DNA of 64,000 bases from contig NOWV01000229.1 of assembly GCA_003344405.1 (NCBI GenBank), forward strand, positions 1-64,000, given 5' to 3'. Each line of letters starts with the position of its first letter. Within the stretch, counting starts at the first letter, position 1. The notes below the pieces were generated by a model. That model did not search any database. It was not told the DNA's origin and worked only from the letters and a program-made list of their open reading frames with translations. This DNA is from Trichoplax sp. H2. Its lineage: Eukaryota. The position numbers and the translations under genes were made by a program. This document shows positions 29,001 through 40,631 of the stretch, one piece after another.

Positions 29001-32000
29001 TTTTTAACCTACGATACTATTCAATTATAAATAATCCTGCAGTTCAGTAGGTATCAGCTACATGGGCGTTATATTTATGGTCATAGGTGGTATTATAGTT
29101 CGATTTTTTTCCTTCATCAGACTCTTTTTTCTAATATAGAATAAGCAAACAGATGCTATCTTAAATTCGATTGGAACAAAGCAGTTCCGTAAGTAAAGTA
29201 AAACTTTTCGCTATCTGCATTAGCAAAGAACAATAATTGCATATGTAATACAGCGTACTGATTACATTAACAAAAAATTTCATATCTGTCTGAATTTTAA
29301 TAGGTTTATGTTCTAACAATTGGCTTCTATATGAAAGATACTGTTTTAGATTGAAAGGTACTAAAATAAAAAATTCATTATCTGAGAATTATTGTCAAGA
29401 TACATTGGCTTCTTATCCTGCCATTATTCTGGATCAAACCCTTGAAACCATGATCACTTCAATGCTAAGTGATGGAGATGAAGCTTGGATCGGCTTGCAG
29501 TACAAATCTGGTTTTTTTTCGTGGTTCGATAATAAAACGATGCTTAACTATTCTAACTGGGCAAAAGGAGAGCCAAGGTTGCTTAATGAAACTCGATGTG
29601 TAACTTTACAAAGGCATAATGAATCCAAGAGCTATTGGTATACTCGAAATTGTGAAGAAAAATACGCATACATTTGCCAAAGACGTAAGAAACATTTCGA
29701 TTTCATTATACTATTTTCATTACCTTTCATAGTTAGATTGTGTACTAGAAGATATTCTATGAACTAAGCCCATTAAAATATTTCACTCAAGTAGCTATAA
29801 TTAACACATATTGCTTCGTTAATTTATTGGTTTTGATGATTATTTTTTTTCAAATAAAAGTTACTAACGCATAATAATTAGGTAATTAGAGACTGAAGTA
29901 GTTTACTGTTTGCTTCAGAAAATTTATTTTCTTCGTGAATTCTTTGCCTCCCCCCAAAAATATGTTAAGAAATAAATTTGAAAAATTCCAGTGGATTTAA
30001 GTGTACTAGATGGCTGTATAAAGTAACAAATTCCTATAGCTCTATGCAGTACCAAATTTTTTATAACTGAGTCAAAAAAGATGTTTTAGTACAATTCTGA
30101 TTTAACCTTTATAACTACGGGTACAAGAAGGTAGTTTGCATATTAGTTCTGATATTAGGTTGTTTTGTAATTAATCTGACTAGACATGATAATCCCTTCA
30201 TAGTTACGTGCATTTTATACGGTACAGCGTAGGTAATTTAGTTAAATAATAAAGAATTTTTAGGCTTGATAATCTCATCATAAGTATACTTATTTCATAC
30301 AATGCAACAGGTGTAATTTAGCTAAATAGTAAAGATTTCCATATGAAACACTGATAAATTCATAAATTGTTGCTGTTAGTTACCATAATTCTGATAGTTC
30401 GTCAGAACTTAACTGTAGCATTAATATCTGAATGTACCATACCTTAAATACAGTAACTGAATTTGGTGACATAAGGCAAATTAAATTACCGGTATATAAA
30501 AAAGAGTAGTCTTGTAAGCATATTAAAACACATCAGTTGATTGCCAATTTTATAGATTCTAGCCTTATTTTTAGGCAAGAAATTTTTAAACCAAATTTAA
30601 GGATCTTATTGGCTTGGTTAAGTAAATTGCTTTATAAATATGTTATATTTATTCTTGGTCTAGATTCAATTTCATTAACGAAAAATCTCCTCAGACTAAA
30701 CAACAAATTTGGTATAAGTTTGATTTCTACTATTTATTCTTCTAGTATTTAAAATTCAATCATAAAACAAATGCGCTCTTAATTTTTTGGTAGTAATTGC
30801 ATCAAAACTTGCTATAGTCATCATTTCGGTCTTTATCTTACCTCTATACACGTATCGATATCTGATATTATATATTCGGTCAATAATCACAGTATTTTGT
30901 ATTATACCCGATAACTAAGGACGAATTTAATGGTATTTAATTACGTTATTATTATTTTATAATAGTCGGGAAAACCTTTGAATGTCCAAAGTCTTGGCTT
31001 ATGAATGATTCCAGCTGCATTAAAATTTTTTATGCAAAGTTAAGTTTTCATGAAGCACGCGAATTATGTCGTATTCATAGATCGGATTTGGTTATACTTT
31101 CTCCAGAAATTCGAAGTTTCGTGGAAAATCTAATACCATATGAAATGAAAATTAGATTTCGATCAATTAGCTATACCAATCAGTCTTTTTGGATTGGATT
31201 ATACAAAAAATCCAGCGAAGTTTATATGTGGATACAAAGTAGATCTCTTGATCACCTCGTGGTTACAAAATTGAAAGCCAACTCTAGCGAAACTACCCAT
31301 CGATGTGTGATTATGAAATATATGAAGGAAACAGAATCCTGGGAATGGTATCCAGCAAATTGCTTTCATTATAAAGCCTACCCGATCTGTCGAAAAACGT
31401 TAATAATTACAGGTAAGAAAAGTAACTCAACCACATCATGCAGTCTTCAAGCTATTAATTACCAACGTTACCAAACACCATTCATGTTATTCAGTCACAT
31501 ACTTTCTACTTGCACCAATCATACAATCAAAATTCTTGCTTTAACCTTAACTAATTTTAAGGATAATATAGTTAAAATTTTTAATTGTCTGCCATTACTG
31601 TTAGCTATAGTTTCACCTAATTAAATAGACTACAAAACAGTAGTTATCTTTTCGTGATAATTTTAAGACATTTTATAGATCTAAAGTCAATTTACTCCAT
31701 CTTATGAAATTAAAATAGCATTTTTAAGGCATAATTTATTAAATTTGATACTATGTTTTTAAGAAACAGAAAGTACAACGCCATCACCAGCACCTTCCGA
31801 TTCAACTGTTGCTTTCATTTCTAGTGCAGAATCCCTCTCTACATCCAGTTTGGCATCCAATTTAATATCTAATCAAACATTAAGTTCAATACATCAAAAC
31901 GACTTTACGGAAAAAATAAATTATATTGAATTGGTAGAAAAGACTGGATTACAATTAGCACAGAATTTACCCACTAATTCCAGCATGGTGCAATCATCCT

Positions 32001-35000
32001 ATCACGATGAGGCTTTAGGTAGAGATTTATTCGTAAAACTCATCATATAACTAATTTTGCCTTTAAAATTTTCATTCCTTAATATTTATTATTAAAATAA
32101 TAAATATTTGGTATTCGATAATGGTATATTTGGTTATTAATACCACGTATCGGTTAAGTTGTAGATTCTTTTTTTTGCCTAAATATAGTATCTTGCAAAT
32201 TTATTCCACTTGATTTATGATTTAGAGATTCAGCATACCTAGATTAGATCGGCAGCTTGTAATTAAACCTTAATTTTAAAACGGATTAAGCGTCTAGCAA
32301 ATAGGATTCTACAGGCTATAATTCAGAAAATAACGAAATAGATGTAGCAATACCTTTGATAACTATTAGATATTTCAGAAATGTTAGTTGGAAATTAAAC
32401 TACCGTGGAAGTTTTTACGGCGTATTTATTATGTGCTAGATTTATATCGATTAAGATTAAATAGCGATAGAGAGTAACTATTTTTTTCATAGACTGATAA
32501 TATTGTCAACAGATTTTCATAACTAATGTAATCGTTAACATGATCAGAAAGCTGAGCCTTAAAGACTACTATTACTCTTTAGGGGTTTATTATGTTCTTG
32601 TAAATGCTTTGAAAAGCAATGGCAGCCAAATAACTGATATTAAATTAGAAAAGCAAACCTTACGGTTATTATCTACATATTATGGATATCCACTGAGAGT
32701 TAGAATACCTCTAATAGTGGTCCCTACTGAACCTAGCGGTACGATGATATACCACAATTTTTCATCTTATCATTAAATGCCATCGTAACCTTTATTTGAC
32801 GCTTCGTAGAGAGATATCAAGTGGCTTTAGGAATATATAAAACTACTCCGATTCAAATTGAAAGCAGGTAGAAATATATAAATAGTAATACGCATTTTAA
32901 AATAAGGAAGTAATTGTTCTTTTAATCGAGCCCTGAATTGATAGCAGGTTCATATGAAAAGTCGAAAATTGAAATTTTAAAATCAGATTATCGGTGTAAT
33001 TAAGACTGAATAAATTCAATTTCTATATAAGTTACACTAGATTTCTCTGATATGATTGAGCATAGAAAATACTGAATAGATCTTAAAATGTCGCTGCTAC
33101 TCGTATTCGTACTTTTAAAGATAGATATGATATGGTCGTGTTACTTAATCAATAGCTTTTCTCGATTTGTAGTAAATTGCCATTAATGCAGCATTCCATA
33201 TCATGCAACATTAAACCCTTAATAATGGGAAGATTTCCAGATCCGGTCATATTCTATTTTAAAATTACTCTGGTAATGAGACCTAATATAAGTACAATAA
33301 GATCTATATTGGGCATCGACGACTTGATTAGTCAATTACTAACAAGCTTCATGCATTGAGATGCATTAACTGTATGTATTCTTTCATTTATACTTTAGAA
33401 TACTACAATCCAACCCTTGTGTGCCTATTGGAAGGAGAAGTAAGTACCGCTACTCTCATTTTTCAATCCAGTAGAGTAAACAAGATTTACTTTTACCTTT
33501 GCTGGCTAGACAAGAATATAATAAGATGAATTAAACTATTTTCGTTTCCCCTTAAATGTTTCTTAGATACTGGGCAACAGATGGGGTAGAAACTCAGCAA
33601 GTAAACAGTACCATCGTTAAATGTATAGCCTATCATCTAACAAGCTTTTCTGTCTTACTGCAAACTGACAGTTATAAGGTAAGTCACAAGAAATTTACTT
33701 ATACCACATTATAGATTAATTAATTAATTAATAAAGATACTTATAGCACTCTTTTCATTATCAAATAAATAAGATTGATCCTATCCATCAGAAACTTTTA
33801 AGCATTTTAACTTATGTTGGACTATCTACTTCTTTATTTTGCCTCATTCTTACACTTCTAACCTTTACAATAGTCAGGTATGATAGTTTGAAGATTCTGA
33901 TTAATCCTTTACTGAATTTAATTATTAATATAGCAATTAAAAAAAAAATAGAGTCAAATTTAATAGATTCAATGCCATCTGAGAACGTGGAATATACTTT
34001 TTTTAATGCAGGCGATTCTATAGTATCCGAGGCGTAGTCCATGCTAACTTGGCAGCATCTCTAATCATTTCGACTTCTGTTTATATAGCTGGAATTCAAA
34101 AAACCGATAACAAGGTATAATAGATAAGATATTGCCAGTGCTACTCGTTAAAAAAATCAATGTAGAGAGAATAATGCTATAAATGCGTATCTAATGAAAA
34201 GTAAGCGTTTGTGATGGCTGTTAATTTACCGATATCTACTCCTCGACAGATATTATAGCTGACTAATGTCCCGTTCACAATACTTTTGGATGCATTAGGT
34301 TTTATGTCAAATCATTGCCGTTGTGCTTCACTTTTCATTTTTGGCTTCTTTTTCTTGGATGTTGGTTGAAGGAATTGTGACCTTTAAAATGTCTATCCAT
34401 TGGACGGAGAAAATGGCTTCTTGTATAATATATGTCATAATTGGATGGGGTTCGTATCAATATTCAATTCTGTGCAAATACTATTGATGAATTTGACGTC
34501 ATAATTTTGATCATTTATAATTCAAGGCACACCATTCATCATTGTCCTTGTTGCTTTCCTGTTGAGAAAAGAATTTTATGGGACCAGTAATTAGTATGTC
34601 AAATCATTAATTATTGTTTCACAAACTAACGCTGACCTCAATTTTGACTTCCAACTCAGTTGCTGGATAGCTCCTGGCAATTTTTTATTATTTGCTTTTG
34701 GAATTCCCGGCTTAGTGACTATAGGTGTAAGTCGCAAGAGAAGAATAAATCTTTTACCGTTTTCTATTTATAGTAAAAGGTAATTACTAAATATAACGAT
34801 GGCATAAATTTATGTTCTCTGATTGTTTTTAGATTAATCTTATTTTTATGATTCTGATTACTCGAACTTTGATGCGAATCCGCGTAATGGCAAACAAATC
34901 CAAGATTCAGAAGACAAGGTTACTTCATAATATAAAAATTGATTTAGATTATAATAAAGCGAATAAGATTCAATATTGTCTCTAAAAAAACAATTAAAGC

Positions 35001-36390
35001 CAACTTATGATATGATTGACAAGATCATCGTCCCACAACGTGATATTAGTGCTGATATAGTTGCCTAAAATATTTATGGGTCTCTTCCCTACAAATAATA
35101 ATAGACTAAACACCAATTTAAATTGTAAATAGTCTATTGTTTATTTAAGCCGCAATCCTCTTAGTAATAGCTAGTATTCTCATATTTATTTTTTAAAATG
35201 CAATTCGCTATGATCTTCAATCACGCAATTGATCGTATTATAGCCATGCTTATATATTTTTATCAATAATTATTCCGAAAGCTACGAGAAACATTGATTC
35301 ATATATATAATAATGTATATTTTGTTGTCAATTAATGATATGCTCGAAAAGATCATTGCACCGTGAAATGCAATATTAGTGCTTATACGCGCAAAAATGC
35401 CTAAAAATGTTATTGAGCCTTTTTTTTGTATAAATAAGACCATGACGAACACCAATTTAAGGTGCAATTACTAAATTATTTATTGCAGCCGCAACCTTCA
35501 TAATAATAGTTAGTGTTCTCGTATGTTTTTAGTACGATACTCGTTATAATCTTTATCTTTAATCTTATAATTGATCGTTTTAAGAGTCATACGTTACATA
35601 TCTCCCATGATTATTCTGAAGGTTGAAAGAAACATTAATTGATAATAGTATATATTTTATGTTGTTGATCTAATGAAAATTGACCCTCAAATAGCTTTCA
35701 ATCACCGATAATATTACTTTGTCTAACTAATATTGTCAATCTGAATGTATAGGGTGTCATTAAGGGCTTCGATTGCTTTGCTACCTCTGCTTGGAATTAC
35801 TTGGATTTTTGGCTATGTAGCAATTCAGAATAAGACTGTAGTATTCTCCTATATCTTTGTTATATTAAACTCTTTGCAGGTAAATGACTGCAAAGTACAT
35901 TTGCGTATATTAGCATTATTTATTTGTACCTAAACTACAAGACTCTTTTTTTATCTTGTTCAGGGGACGTTTGTATTTTACTTTCATTGCTTAAAGTATA
36001 AAGATGTAAGTCAGAGTTTTTTTATTAAAGTCTTTACTAGCTTAAAGTAGCGTGATTTAATATCGATTTTTACCCTGATTTGTCGTATCAAGCGTTACAA
36101 ATTACAGTTGCTCATTATAATTAGGTATGCTAAACTAATTACCAAATTTTTACTTTGTAATACCAAGGTGAAGAAATTCTATAAATCCTGCATTATTAAA
36201 TGTCGAAACGTTTTCGCTACTACCAAGACTTCTAGTAGTATTGGAATCCAGGGTTCCAGAGCACATGTAAGAAAGGCAATTATTCTAGACAAGCTTTTGG
36301 GTAGTAGCAATTCTATCTAATGCCGAAAATGGTAGCTAATTACCATATTAATATTGTATTTAGTATCCCAGATCTGCTTGGTCAAGGTAA
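26021..36390 (+). CDS. Adhesion GPCR with five C-type lectin-like domains (paralog B), complete through the stop codon
   Basis: Exons (approximate): 26021-26102 (KPSMLWIALGSLVYLFML, signal peptide; start is the ATG at 26030 or an upstream exon), CTLDs 26636-27046, 27629-28039, 28160-28528, 29304-29684 and 30966-31412, linker micro-exons 28646-28680 and 29140-29188, Ser/Thr stalk 31764-32018, GAIN 32583-32738, 32810-32867 and 33173-33272, GPS 33399-33439 (CAYW) and 33567-33678 (WATDGV...KCIAYHL|TSFSVLL), 7TM 33774-33877, 34012-34114, 34299-34449 (LHFSFLASFSWMLVEG..GWG), 34527-34593, 34660-34726, 34833-34918, 35753-35879 (LLPLLGITWIFG..NSLQ) and 35964-36005 (GTFVFYFHC), tail 36168-36266 and 36364-36390 (YPRSAWSR*). 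Splice phases are consistent. Confidence 0.92.
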
Positions 36391-38302
36391 TCATTTAGGA
36401 AAAGGATATTTTCATCTCCACATAACAATTTATGAGCATTAATTAATATTACTGAAGTATATGCTCGCGTCATTATAACTATTTCAATGCACTAGCAAAA
36501 GCTAGAAAAACAACATGTTCTTATGTTAAATTTCTATAAGTTAAAAACTTGTCAATTTTGAAACATGTGAACAATTTCTACTTTCCCAACCTATCAATGT
36601 AGCACAAAATAATTTCATTGTTACCAGCTAAAATTGCTTTTAAGTGGGACCATCGCGATGAAATTGATCACTAATCTCAAAGATTTGTAGAAATCAGAAA
36701 CTTGATTCGATCTTTACTCTAAGATAGACTACGCACAGCTCTGCCCTAGCCGAATGCAGTGCGTAGAAATTTCTTAGAAACAACTGCTAAATCATCTAAA
36801 ATTTCTTCTTCAATATACTTTCAGTAACTTTTGCAACTACTTTCAGTACAGCAACATACTATCCATACTTTAAGAAATGTTATTATTAAGAAGTGTTATT
36901 AGAATTAGCAACATCCATTTCGGGTTATCGTCGCTCTTCCAGAGTTTCTTCACCTCCAAAAAATTTACCGTCTGTCAGAATGCTATGATAATCATCGCTA
37001 ATAATTTACCACCCAATGCTAAATTAACTGATAACCTTAAATATTGAACCATTAATTATTGATAGGTTTTAGTCTAGATGTAATTATTAGAAAGAACTTG
37101 CATTAAACTCTTATTCTTTTAATTGTTAACCAATATCAACTAATGGGTCAAAAAATAATGACCATTTAAAGCAAAATAGCTTAAACAATAAAGAAATGAT
37201 AACATTCTATAAGAAGATGCTAGGTGTATGGCACAGCTTTACTCTAACTATCAAGCAGCCTTACGATTAAAATTACTTAATCCCTATTCTTTATTAAGGG
37301 TTACTTTAATAGGTGTTTCTTTAAATACTAATATAACACTAAAGAAATAGTAGAGCTAAGGCAAACTAATATAAAGGTACTACGCTAACAAATCTGACTA
37401 ATCTTTAACAACTACTATCGAAGATTAACATCGCTCTATCGGAAGACGAAAATTTAGTGTATATCATAGCTAAGTTAAAGATGCATTGATTTCTAATAGT
37501 ATCTTGATTAATTTATTATTGAAAAACGGAATTTAAGTTCTGTATTATATATTGAAGTTAAAAATAAATTCAACGTGTAAATTTCAAATCGTACGATTTC
37601 ACCAAGGGTCAAAGTGATTATTTAAATACCAGAAGGAAAAAGATACTTATAAACAGCCAAAGCCAGTACTACGGTATTTGTTTACGGAATCAAAAGTATT
37701 TTAAGTGTATTAGAGTATCCAATAAGAGGTAAGAAATTTCCTACAGAAGGCAGACAAGACTAAAACTTGCAGTCATCCCTCAACTTGTCAAGGTAACCCT
37801 TTTTCTATCATTAACTCCGTCGTGATATTCTACCTTGAGATTCGTTCATTGATTATATAATTATAATTGATTTCTTAAATTGGAGTGACTAGTTTATCGT
37901 TTAACTTTACTTTTCTTAATGATCTAGTATTATAGACCAGAAGGAAAAGCTCTGATATGCTTGAAGCTATTGCTATTTTTTCAATGAGATAATCTGAGTT
38001 AAGTAAATGTGGAATTAGTATATAAAGGACTAGAAGGAAAAACCCTGAGGTACTTTCTATTTCAACGCTATTTTAACATATTTCGTATTTATTTCGGTAA
38101 AATTCTAATTTCTTATGCAAGTTCTATTGTGATTACATATGATATTATTTTAAATTCAAGCGAGATTGAAAATACCTTTAACCTACAATAGAGAGGATAT
38201 AAAATTTAATGATTGCTTGTTACTCTCTTCTCCTTGACACTTTAACAATTTTATCATCCTTAACAGTGTGTTGCTAGTAATTGAATATCATCGGTGATTA
38301 AA

Positions 38303-38712
38303 TGTTGTGATTGTTATAATAAACGTATTACACACTGAAAAGTGTGTGAATGTACTTGTATCTGCTTTACTAGATGGATAGTAAGCTAGGTGGACATTCG
38401 AGTAGTACAATATCACGTATTGCAACTACAACGATCCTGATCGATACAGGATTAAGACTTGTACTACTGTACACTAAGTGCAATATATAATACATGTAAC
38501 GTTAGGTTTAAGTGAGTCGATCGGTAGATGAGTTACAAATCATAAGTGTATAAGTTGGAAGATTAGAAGTATTGGAATCGAGAATCGGCAACGTTAAATA
38601 AAGGTAAATTGTATTAATATAATCATCATACGTGTGTGTCTTTTAGTAGTATAGCTGGAGTACCTTAGGAATCCCCATGATAGTTGGGATACGCTATTGC
38701 AAAGATGTAACA
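38303..38712 (+). mobile_element. Solo-LTR-like element, 410 bp
   Basis: Runs TGTTG...GTAACA with TSD TTAAA/CTAAA and TATA/AATAAA inside. A paralogous flank near 40030-40110 lacks the insert (cggttactaaattatcg). Confidence 0.7.
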
Positions 38713-38834
38713 CTAAATTATCGTTACATTGTTTATTTGAGATATTTATACTTTCATACGGTGTAATATGGAGATAGATATCTATGTTATGGTTTCTATT
38801 TTAGCATCATTTTAAGATATTTCGCATTCATCCT

Positions 38835-39464
38835 TGTGACGGTGTTATATACTGTATTAGAGTAGAAATATCTATGTTAGGATAATTCTGTTAGCCTATC
38901 CTTATTTAGTTAACTTCTAATTTGGATATACTGTATTTTAATATAGCATTGACTTTTTATGACAGAGACACATATACACATACTAAATTAATAGCTATAA
39001 TGAAGAATGAAAATCATCTACTTACAGTTCGAATCATTGTGATTGTAACTTACTTATGATAGATTGTAAATTATCGTGGAAATGTTCCGTGATAGAACAT
39101 ATCGTAATCTGACTATTCTGTATTAGTCATCAGATGTCTATGTTCGTAAATACTGTTGTCTGCATTAAGGGAGCAGTAGCTATGATTAATATCTAATTCA
39201 GTAAATGATTCCAAACTTAATGGTACTAACTATGACTCATGAACTATTGAGGAATAGTATATAAATGTAGTATATCGTGCAATAAAGAGGATTCTCAAAC
39301 TTAAGTGTTTAACGTAAAATACGAGGCATTTAAGTCTTTGTGTAGTCTGCTAGTAGAGCAAAAGTGTTTGTGATAGTGCAGATATCGTTCCTTGATAAGT
39401 GGTTCAAAGAATTGACTTATTGGTCGTACATTACGTTATCTTGTTGCAAAGCTGTTTTGTGACA
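38835..39464 (+). mobile_element. Solo LTR, 630 bp, 5-bp TSD
   Basis: Runs TGTGAC...GTGACA with a perfect TSD ATCCT (38830-38834 and 39465-39469). TATATAAAT near 39258 is followed by AATAAA near 39281. A second copy is at 24081-24711. Confidence 0.9.
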
Positions 39465-40631
39465 ATCCTATTACAATATTCTAATGTTCTATTCAAGTTC
39501 TATTGTGATAGTATACGATATTTTTTTATTCAAGCGAGATGGTTGTTGCTTTTAATCTATCATGGAAAGAGCTACTAGAATAATTTAAATTGCTAGATTA
39601 TATGCCTTTCGTAGCATTCGTAGCAAAAATCAACATGGCAACATTCTACTATATTTTACATAATTCAAATTATAATTACTAACAACATTTTACAGCAGAC
39701 CGTCACTAATTCAATGTGGACATGACTACAGTATTTACCTAGACATTATTCCTATCAGTCATATAGTAACAGCACGATAAAGTAAACATATTCTAATAAT
39801 TATAAATTATAGATCTATTTTTATCTCTATCTTTAATAGTAACTCAACACCCTTCTAAATATAGTCTTTTTTACTCTAACATAGAATCATCCACTACAGT
39901 TTACGTATAAGCTACTGCAAATATCTTAAGATAAATATAGAAAGTTTTGCTATCGTACACGATCATAAACATGGCTAATAGTCTACAACTTTATTACTAT
40001 GTTACGTTACACTCGTGGCAGTGCTTTGTTAGTAATTGAATATCATCGGTTACTAAATTATCGCTTTAACTATTTATTTTAAATATTTATACTTTCATAC
40101 AGTGTAACATGGAGGTAAATATATCAGTTTATGATTACTAACATGCATATCTAAGATAATGCAAGTATAGTTACCGTTGAAACGATGCTTGAGGTGTTCA
40201 AAGATTACTAATTCAATTACATATATAGCTATATAATTGATAGTTGAGACTTTACCTCACTTCAACTATCATATAAGCCAATTTATTTATTTCATATTAT
40301 GCTATCATATTCGAATTGTTGCTCTATAACACAAATTAATTTGCTTAATGCTTGCTGAAATAAGAATCACAGCTCTTAATATTGAAGTCATAAAATTAAC
40401 TAGAATGAAATGGCAGAAATACGTTTCCCTCTTTTAGTTTTTCAGGAAATAAAACGTCAAAGTTGAAAAACATTGCAGCGTACAGAATATCATGACAATA
40501 CTGCCATCACTAATAGCGGAAATTGAAAGGAGAAACTATGATTGAAGTAATCTGTCTAAAATAAAATAAACTCTACCGTACTTAATTAAGTATATAGAAA
40601 GTTTATATTTTGACCTTACTGAATATCAGTA

